Positions 43,832 through 54,016 of a DNA stretch of 64,000 nucleotides are shown one piece after another (the stretch's first letter is position 1; every line of letters begins with the position of its first letter). This DNA comes from the human T2T-CHM13v2.0 reference genome, Homo sapiens: the NCBI RefSeq assembly GCF_009914755.1, contig NC_060927.1. One strand, given 5' to 3'. The notes beneath the pieces are model-generated. The model was not told the DNA's origin and did no database searches. It saw nothing but the letters and a program-made list of their open reading frames with translations. The position numbers and the translations under genes were made by a program.

Positions 43832-44719
43832 AGGATTAGAATTCTTGGTCTCTTAACCTCTCGTTCAGTTTTTTCCTCGTCGACTCACATGCCCTCCAAA
43901 TGAATACCGAAGTTAGATTTTGCATATTAAATTGAAAGAAAGTTAAAAGCCTTACTACTTTCTAATTCAGTGTAGGGAAAATAATGGGAAACATGAAAAA
44001 AAAAAAATAACAAACCTCTGGGATGGGTGAAAGCAAACATGTGTCTTCTCAGTTCCTCCTAGGTGGTATCTTGACCTTTTATCCCGTCTTGTTTTTTTCC
44101 AAAAAAAAAGTAATTAAATGATTTCACTTTAAAAGTCTTTCTTGCTCTTACTATACTGTGGCTTAGATTTATAAATAAAAGAAACAGTGAAAATGTCAGC
44201 TGAGATACTAAGTAAAGTCAGCTAGGAAGTGAGAATAAGATTTCTTTCTGATAAGCTGTGATAGTCAGATTTAGTTGTATTTCCAGTTGTTTCAGTTTAG
44301 ATAATTCACAGTTCAGAAAGAGATATTGTAAATATTCTGATTAATGGGGTTATAGAATGGTATTAGTTGTTGTAGCATTCTCCTTATTCTGAATCCAGCT
44401 GTTTGTGGTGTTAGAAAACACTTCCATTAGAGATCACTGCTTATTATCTAAGGAAATTCTAAAGATTTCCTAGGCCAAAAGTTTCTGGAATTCATATTTG
44501 GCCAAGGATTGTAAGTAAATTTGTGTTTCCAGCTTAAGCTAGTACAAACAGGTGGATAGTCTATTCTTCAAAATTTAACATTGGGGAAAGTGAGTTTTGG
44601 GTTATCGGGAATAGCTAGGAGGGAGGTATTCTGAGCAATGAGGAAGTCTAAAAGTGTAACAATCTAATTAAGAAGGAAGACCAAATTAAAAGAAGGGAGA
44701 GACTGGATCTTCCTATTGC

Positions 44720-44915
44720 AAGTGTACTATTGATATTTTAGTTTGGAGAGTCCTTTGTTGTGGAAGGCTGTCCTGTGCATTGTAGAATGTTTAGCAGCAT
44801 CCCTGGCCTTTTAACTACTAGGTGCTAGTACCACTCTCATAGTCGTGACAATCAAAAATATCTCTAGACATTGATAAATGTCTCCTGGGGGCAGAAATCA
44901 CTGGTTGAGAACCAG
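44720..44915. mobile_element. MER20 (hAT-Charlie)
   Basis: ggctgtcctgtgcattgtagaatgtttagcagcatccctggcc...gtgacaatcaaaaatatctctagacattg...ggttgagaacc. Confidence 0.9.
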
Positions 44916-45059
44916 CATGCTAGCAAACCCAAGTGGATCAAGCAAGAATGTGAAAGTCTGCATGGTCCATATGTTAGGTGTTATATAAGATGTAGAATAA
45001 ATGAATATTTGCCATTTGAGAAACTGATTTTTTAAACACTGTGCTTAGGACAGATTGTC

Positions 45060-45650
45060 CTGGTTATGTAGAATCCATTCCAAGTGAGGACACATTGGTC
45101 AATCACTGAGGGGAGCAATTTGCCAATATCTAGCAAAAGTTGAAAAATATATAGCAATTCTATATCGATCTATATGCCCTTGTGAAACTCTAAAACATCT
45201 GCATAAGGACTTATGTATAAGAATATTCATAGTAAAATGTTTTTGTAATAGGGAAAACTGGAAATAGCATCATTGACCACAAGTAGGGAAAGAGATACAT
45301 TATGGTGTATTCACATGATGGAGTAAATATGCAGCAGATAAAATGAATGAATTATTATGGATTAATCACAACAGTGGTCATAGAAAATACGCATATTGCA
45401 GAATAATTTTTACTTTATATCATCCGCATATATTTTAGAAACACCCTCAAAATGCTATATATTATTTACTCAAAAATATGACAATATCTGCTTCTGGGGA
45501 GAAATGGATGAAGAAGAATCAGACTAGAGAGAGAAAAATGGAGGGTCTCAATTTCATTTAAATTTAAAGAAATTTTTAAAAGTCTGAAGTATATGCTACA
45601 AAATCTTAAATTTGGGTGGTAAGTTCATGCATATTTGTTATTTATCACTA
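45060..45650 (+). mobile_element. Old L1 (L1M-type) 3' fragment
   Basis: aatttgccaatatct, atagcaattcta, agaatattcatagt, ttatggtgtattcacatgatggagt motifs. Confidence 0.6.
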
Positions 45651-48600
45651 TTTGCACTTTCATTATTTCTTTTTCAGTTTAATTCTTTGTGCTTTCATTA
45701 ATTCTTTTTCAAAAATGTAAAGGAAAAGACTTGATAGCACAAACTGATGTTCTTTATTGCATTTGGGGATACATTGAGTTGTACCTTTTTTGAAATACCT
45801 TTTAGCCATGGATTTCATTTAATCCGTGATGTGTTTGAAGAAAGTAATTGTGCTCTATGCCATTTCCTATTCACATTTCCATGCACTAAGCCATGGTTTC
45901 ATGATTCATTCTTGCACAAACATGTAGATCTGGATTCTCACACGTTGAAATAAACGCAGCTGTGTTTATTTCAATGCGATTACATTCAAATAAACACACA
46001 TGGGATCCCTTATGAGCGTGAACCCATAAAACACTTGTTGATTTGGTTCTGAAATTGTGTGTTCAAATAAACACACTTGTTTTAAGGGAAGTTTCGCTTT
46101 ACTCAAATGTTCATGCCTTGAACATGTGTTTTATAGAGGGCAGATGTAGAGTGTCTTAAAAGAATAATAGTTCTTTAGAGGCTGAGTCATTGCTTTAGAC
46201 AAATGCAGAATTTATTTAATGTGCTTTTTTTTAATATATTGGTAATTGTCTATATAAGTAATAAAAATCTTGGAATATCTCATTTTATGTAGTAATTCAT
46301 TTAGTTTTGACAGGTTAACTGAATGGAATAGAATTTTAAACAAATTAATATGTAAAATATATTTGTGAGTATATTTTTAAGAAACATTAATGATAAAATA
46401 ACAAGTGAAGGAGACTTTTTTAATTTTGGAAACTGCTTCTTCCTTAAGCAGGCTTACAAAACTGTTTTTTTTACACTTCATATTTTAGAATGAAAATAAA
46501 GCTCTAAACCAGGAAGGATACTATTCACATTTATATTTCTGCTGAAGTGGAAATGGATGAAGAAGAATCAGGTTACATGTGTAACCTGAAAAGAAATGAA
46601 TTAACGTGCTTCAGACTTGTACAAAATATTTTAATCAAACAGAAAATAACTTTCAAAGTACTGATATTTGAGATGATCTATTTTTACCAAATGAACTGCA
46701 GAGTATAAGCCAGTGGTCTTCTTTTTCCCCTCCAAAATATGGGGGAAATTTTTATGTGTGGTGTTATGCAAATACTTAGGAAATATCCAAACTGACATCT
46801 CCTTTTGACCTGGAAGCCTGAGAATTTTTATTTTATTGTTAGGTTCTTTGGTTCAGAAGTTGTGTTAGGCTCACAGCTTTGCCTCCCATGTGGGAGGAGT
46901 GCTCAGGGTCAGCGATTTATGTGTGTGGAGGGAGGGAAGGGGTGGAGGTTGTTAATGGAGGGATCTCTTCCAAACATCTCCTTTGCCCAGTCAGGGCCTG
47001 ATTGTTTGTGGCCTCAGAGGCCCTCCTCTTCCCTGCCTTCTTCTCAGGATCCATGGATCTTGTTCACATACCCCTGTGAAGCTCCTTGCAGATTTTAGGT
47101 CCATCTCACAGAGCCAGACTGAAGGCAGTACCCGCTACTTCCTACCACAAGGAGTGTACAAATATCTCTATACAAAGCCTGCATTTCTTTTTATTAAACT
47201 CATATTTTCTGGTCAGTCATTGCTGGGTTTGGCCTTTTAGGAATTTTTATCCGGGCATCACAGAAGGTTAAATATTATTATGTGCATAAATTCCCCAAAT
47301 ATAAAACTTCTATAGAGAAAATAAAATTGTATAAAGTTTTAAAAATTGATGTTTCTACTTCACAAGTAATACATAAATACATTTTTTTGCGTCAAAAACC
47401 AATACATTTCAGAATAAAATTGGCCTGTTTCATTTTTGTACTAATTTCTGAAATTATTTTAAAGTAAAATAGGAAACATTTTTATTGTTTGCTGTTTTAC
47501 ATGTTTATAGCCTGCCTCTCTAGAAAGGATGCTTCATGAAAACAGGGACCTTCATTTTACTTGCCCTTTATATCCAGTGCTTATTACAGGGCCTGACATG
47601 TATTAAACACTCAGCAAATGTTTGTGTTTGGATACTGAGTGAATAAAAGAGCACATTTTCTCGACTTTCATTCTCAATCTTAATGTTTTGCCAGCCCATA
47701 TCCACCAACTCCCCAAGCTACCTACCTTGTCACTTAGGTGTGTATTCTTCAAAATCCTTTCAGTGCATTTGCGTACTTACCTGTGGTTTCACAGAGAAAG
47801 CAGAGCATAGTTGCTATTTTCCTATACCTTTGAAAAACTTAGTATTATCAGACTTTTTTTTTTTCCAGTCTGATTTGCAGAAAATAGTATCTTGTTTTAA
47901 TTTGAATTTTCCATGATAACTGGGGTGATTTCATCTGTTTATTGGCCAGTGTTTTTCCCCCTGAAATGACCTGCTTATATGTCTTGCCCATTTCACTATT
48001 GGGCTCTCCTTTCTTTTCTACCTTTTCTTGATACTATTTTTGAATGAGCTTTACATATATAGTCTGTATATTATTTGACTATATGTATGTATGTGTTAGA
48101 CATATATTTATATGGCAAATATTTTTTACAGTTTATTTTTTTAACTTTGTAGTGTCATGTCTCATGGGGATGTTGACAGTTTGCAGGTAGTCAACTTTAT
48201 CAATTTTTCCCTTTTTATGTCTTTTTGAACTATAAGAAACTCTTTCGTATACCAGTGTCATTGATATAGGTTGATTCACACATTTAAGCCCTTTAAAAAA
48301 TCTATCTGCAATTTATTGTTAATGTTGTGAGATGTAGATGAATCTTTTTGTCCCTCCCATCATCTCAATCCTCCACACAGGGGGTGGACAGTTGTTCCAG
48401 CCCCGTCTGTAGTCTAGTGGGCGTTTTCTCTTAATTTGAATGCTTTTATCACGTACAAATGTTTTTGAGATGTTTTTTTGAATTTACATGTTATATTCTA
48501 TCAATTTATTATTGTATTTCTTTGGAAATAAGTGATTGACTTATAGCTTTATAATCCTCTTGCTATCAGATAGAGCAAATTCTCTTATTTCTTTTCACAA

Positions 48601-49225
48601 TTTTTTGGCTATTCTTGAATATTCATTCTTCCAAATGAATTTAGAATCGCCTCTTGATTCTGAATGTTGCATTTGGATTTTTATCTGAATTGCATGCAAC
48701 TAATAGATTCATGTGGGGAAAGTTATCATAAAATACTGATTATCCATCTGGGAACATTCACTCCATTTATTCAAGCTTTTTCTTCCATCTTTCAGGAAAT
48801 GTTAGTTTTTTTCCTACAAATCTCACACATTTTTTTCTTGGGTTTATTCTCAGATACTTTATAGTTTTTGTTGCCATGATAAAGGGGATTTGTTTTCAGC
48901 AGTTGATTGTTGCTGGTGTATGGAAACTATTTGATTTTTTTAAAAAATTGATCATATATGTGGCCACCTTGTAAAACCTTTTATTAGTTTTACTAGTTTG
49001 TCAGTTGATTTTTTTGTTTTTTGTCTTACGCAAAATCAAATCGTAAAAGTTGTGTCAGCCTGTTCAATCGTTTAGTTTTCTTCTCTTTATTTTTTTTTTG
49101 GCTAGTACATTGGCTAGCACTTCTAATATGTTGATTGTTTTTAGTGATAGCATACATCCTTATTTGTACATATTTTTTACATATTTTAATTAGTCTAATA
49201 TTTATTTCACTACTATTAACAATAG

Positions 49226-49232
49226 TTTTATT

Positions 49233-49275
<43 letters not shown>

Positions 49276-49548
49276 TGTTTGAGACGGAGTCTCACTCTGT
49301 TGCCCAGGCTGGAGGGCAGTGGCGCAATCTCGGCTCACTGCAACCTCTGCCTCCCAGGTTCACACAGTTCTTTGCCTCAGCCTTCCGAGTAGCTGGGATT
49401 ACAGATGCCCACCACCATGCCCGGATAATTTTTGTATTTTTAGTAGAGATGGGGTTTCACCATCTTGGTCAGACTGGTCTTGAACTCCTGCCCTCGTGAT
49501 CCACTGGGATCATGCTCGGATTACAGGCATGAGCCACCGTGCCCAACC
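49226..49548 (-). mobile_element. AluS with (TTTA)n tail
   Basis: (TTTA)~11 then reverse dimer; small deletion in the left arm. Confidence 0.93.
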
Positions 49549-49670
49549 TAGTTTTTTTTTTATTTTTTATTTTTTTGAATGTGTATGTGTGTTTCTTCTA
49601 GACCTCTTTATCAGGTTAAGGAAGTTCTTTTCTTTTCTTAGCTAAGAAATTTTATTATGAATGGGTGTTA

Positions 49671-50013
<343 letters not shown>

Positions 50014-52057
50014 TCATGTCATTTTCTTCTCTTAAGTGGTTAATGTAGTGAATTCCATTGATAAATTTTCTGATGTTAAACATCCTTACATTTCTGAGAT
50101 TAAACTCAACCTGATCTTACTCTTTTCAAACACTATTCTATTTTTTATTTTACTAAGAAATTTTACATCTACTTTGAAGTGTGAGTGGATAATAACTTTG
50201 CTGTTCTTACAGCTTCTAGCACAGGGTTAAAGTGAACCTCAGCTAAAATAATTTTCTATAACCTCTCTGTGCTGTGGAATAAGTCACTTAGAGTGAGAAT
50301 TATTTATTTGAACTTCTATGAAACTGCCTCAGGACTGGTACCTTTTTTGTTTTTTTTTTTTTTGAGAATGTAGATCTTTGGCAACTGCTTTAGTATTTTT
50401 CCTATGGTGGTTTTGTTGTTGGGTTTTCTGTTTGTTCTTTGGTCAGTTTTTATAATTTATATTTTGTTAGCAAACTGTCCACTTCATGTAGGCTTTGAAG
50501 TTTTTGGTATAAAGTTGTTCTTACTGTTCTTTTCTAATGCTTAATCTTTTTTGTGTCTCTAGTTTTTGTTTTTCATGTATTTATTACATTCTTTTATCCT
50601 AATCAATTCTACTATTTTTGTTCTTTTTACTTTGTTCATTTTTCTAGTGCTTGTTTTGAAATAATTCATTTATTTTTAAACTCTTTTCTTCTCTGAAATG
50701 CCATTTGATGTACTGTTTCCTATGAGTACCATTTTGGTAGTATCTCACAGTTTTCTCAGGTAGTGTAGTGATTGTCATTCAATTTGATTTTAAAATTTAA
50801 CCATTCATTTATTCTCAAACCAATACATTATTTTAAAATGTGGTTTAAAATTTCCCATTAATTTTTTTTGTCTGTTATTTCATTATTTCTTATGTTACTG
50901 TATTTAGGTTAGTGAGTATGATCTGCAGGTTAGCAGTATTTAGAAATTTGTTAATACTTTCTTTGTTGGCTGCTGTGCAGCCATTCTCTGTGAAGTGAGT
51001 TCTTTTTATGTGGGGTCCTGAGTACATATATTCGTATCAGGTTAATATTATGTCTCTTAGGTTGATTAGAATTTGTTATTCCTAGCCTTCATAGTATTAC
51101 TTATTTTTCTTTTGATTTGTCTCTTATTTTCAGAGAGAGGTGTTCTAATCTGATTGTGATTGTCAAGTTGTGTTATGGGTTTTGTCTTTTTTTCTTTATA
51201 TATTTCAAAGCTATATTGTTAAGTATATAGATAATTGGTGATTGTTATCCACTTGTGGAAGGTTATTCTTTTTGGTGGTAAAAATATTTCTTTTTCCCTT
51301 CTAAAGATTTGCTTCTTGATTACTTTTTTGTCTATTGTGATACTGCTATACCTACTTTTTAAATTTCATTTGCCTGCTGTATGGTTTCACATCCCTGAAT
51401 TTTAAACCTTTACGTGTCATTTTGTTTTAGGTGTATCTTTTACGGATATGGACATAGCTGGGTTTTACTTTTTGGTTAGTCTGAACGTAACTCTGAATAG
51501 CCTGTTTATGTTTATTTTGACTTAAACCTCCTGTATTTTCTGTTATCCTTTCTCTTCATTTCCACTTTCCAGACTTTTCTTGGAATGATTAAGTTGTCTT
51601 TGTTTTACTCTTTATTTGCTCTATTGGTTTGAATAGCATACATTCCTTTCTATTTTGTGGTTGCCTTTATATTATTAACATGCGTATTTAAACATGTTTT
51701 TCTCACAACATCTACAGTTATAGGTATTTGTAGCTTCTCCCTAAGCAAGAGAACTTGAGTATTCTCTTATTCTCCTCCATTCTCTTTCTTGGACCTCTCA
51801 GGTTGATTAAAAAAAAAAAAGGAAAACATCTCCTGGATTATTGTTAAAAGGAAGTTTGGTGCTTCTTGTGTGTATAATCTTTTGTTCTTTTCCTGAGAGT
51901 TTTTAAGGTTTTCTGTTTATCCTTGCTACTCAGAATTTTTCATTGATATGTTTTAGGTGTTTTTGTTTTTAATTTATCCCAATTGGCAGCCTCCTTTCAA
52001 TGTGGAGGCTGTTGGAGTCATGTTCTTCAGTTATGTCAGATTCTCTATTTTCTGCTA

Positions 52058-52351
52058 TTTTTTTTTTTTTTTTTTGAGATGGAGTCTTGCTCTGTCGCCC
52101 AGGCTGGAGTGCAGTGGCGGAATCTCGGCTCACTGCAACCTCCACCTCCCAGATTCACGCCATTCTCCTGCCTCACCCTCCTGAGTAGCTGGGACTACAG
52201 GTGCCCGCCACCACGCTTGGCTAATTTTTTGTATTTTTAGCAGAGACGGGGTTTCACCGTGTTAGCCAGGATGGTTTTGATCTCCTGACCTTGTGATCCC
52301 CTCGGCCTCCCAAAGTGCTGGGATTACAGGCATGAGCCACTGCGCCCGACC
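52058..52351 (-). mobile_element. AluY-like
   Basis: ttcacgccattctc, gttagccaggatgg diagnostics; TSD attttctgct at 52047 and 52352. Confidence 0.93.
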
Positions 52352-53344
52352 ATTTTCTGCTCTTTTCTTATGTTGCCTCTTCTCCAATTTCTCTATTCTC
52401 ACCTCTTGGAATTGCCAACAGATGGAAGGTAGATCTGTCCTCTATGTCTCCTAACTTTTCTTTTTTTAACCATTTATTTCTTTATTTCTTTCTTTTGCAT
52501 TCTGGGGAAATCCTTGGCCCAGGTTCCACTCATAATTCTTTCTTCAACGATATTCTTTCAGTGGTGTCCTAACAGTCTGATCAGTCTTATAGTTCAATAA
52601 ATAAATTTTTAATTTCCAGCTTCCCAAAGTTTCATTTCCAGGACTCAAGGTTCATTTTAGATACATCCAAATGTTTTGAAGTCTATGTAAAATATGTGTG
52701 TGATACAAGTATAGATTCCAACAATCACACAGAGCTCTGTTCAGATCTTGTTTCTCTGCCATTAACTGTGTTGTGGCTGGTTACCTGATTCCTCTGAGCT
52801 TCAATTTTCTAGCAAAATTGTGGTAAAAATGTTATACTGCCTATATTGTTGTAGGGATGAAATCCCATAATTGTAATAATATTACCTAACTTAGCTAACT
52901 ACGTGCCAGGAACTGTACTAGGTTATTTTATTCACGTGTTATTTCATTTAATTGAGCAATTCCTTCATAACAATCTTAAGAATATATCCTTGATAGTTTC
53001 TTGATATCCTACTTCCTTGAAAGTAACTGAACTTGTTGAAATTAATTACAAGAGTGAGTCTTTGATCACTAGTTCTCATATTGATATCTCAAACTTACCA
53101 CGTTAACAGTATTTTATGGAGGTGTGTTTGGCATATTCTTGACTGTCTTTCTTATTTAGAGTAATTCCTTTTTTATTTTTTATTTTTTTAATTTTTTTTT
53201 ATTTTTATGACAACAAGGCTGTTTATTTCACCTGGGTGCAGGCGGGCTGAGTCCGAAAAGAGCCAGTAAAGGGAGATAGGGGTGGGGCCGTTTTATAGGA
53301 TTTGGGTAGGTAGTGGAAAATTACTGGGGAAAAGGGCGGCAATG

Positions 53345-53625
53345 AGATGTGGCTATAGCCTAGGAATAGTCAGGGAAGCAGATAATGTAGTTAAAATGTC
53401 TCGACCTAATAAGGGAGCTGGGCAGGTGGGGATAACTAAAAAGGACTGTATAAAAGAATGTTGTCCAAGTTGGCATCAGAGTTGGGGAGTTTTAAGAGGT
53501 TTAGAAGCCTGGCTGTCAATGCCTACAACAGTTATGGAGGCAAGGGAAACAGGCCCTTGAAAAGAAGGTAATGTGGAGTGGGTAGCCTCCATATTGATTA
53601 AGAAGGGGACGGACTTACCCTCCAC
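53345..53625 (-). pseudogene. Inactive HERV-H protease remnant
   Basis: Manual translation VEGKSVPFLINMEATHSTL...PQL*CQLG...CPAPLLGRDIL: catalytic DTGA replaced by NMEA, internal stop, LLGRD motif retained. Confidence 0.85.
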
Positions 53626-53686
53626 TTTATGAGTTACCCAAAGTGTCTGTGATGGTCCAGAAGGCTTCCAAGGTGATTGGGCAGCG

Positions 53687-54016
53687 TCAGTCTTCAGCTA
53701 TTAAGCTGAGAAGATCTGGGAAGGAGTCAGTCAGAGAGCCTTGGGCCAGAGTTCCAGGGGCTCTGGGAGTGGCTGCCAGGCAAGTTGGACAGTCTGATTT
53801 CCAGTGGGGTCCCGTACAGATAGAACATAGCTTAGGAGGAATCCCGGGCTGCAGGCATTCCTTGGCCCAGTGGCCAGATTTCCAGCACTTGAAGCAAGAT
53901 CCTGGGGCGGGCAGTCCTGGAGGAACCCCTGGCTGCTGCGGTTCAGGCGTTATGAAGTTCTTGTGTGCTGGAGATGTGGCTGAGGTTTCTCTCACAGTGG
54001 AGGCAAGGAATTGCAA
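53687..54016 (-). pseudogene. HERV-H gag C-terminal remnant (nucleocapsid, two CCHC knuckles)
   Basis: ORF contains CFKCWKSGHWAKEC and CSICTGPHWKSDC; upstream gag is broken into short frames. Confidence 0.9.
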
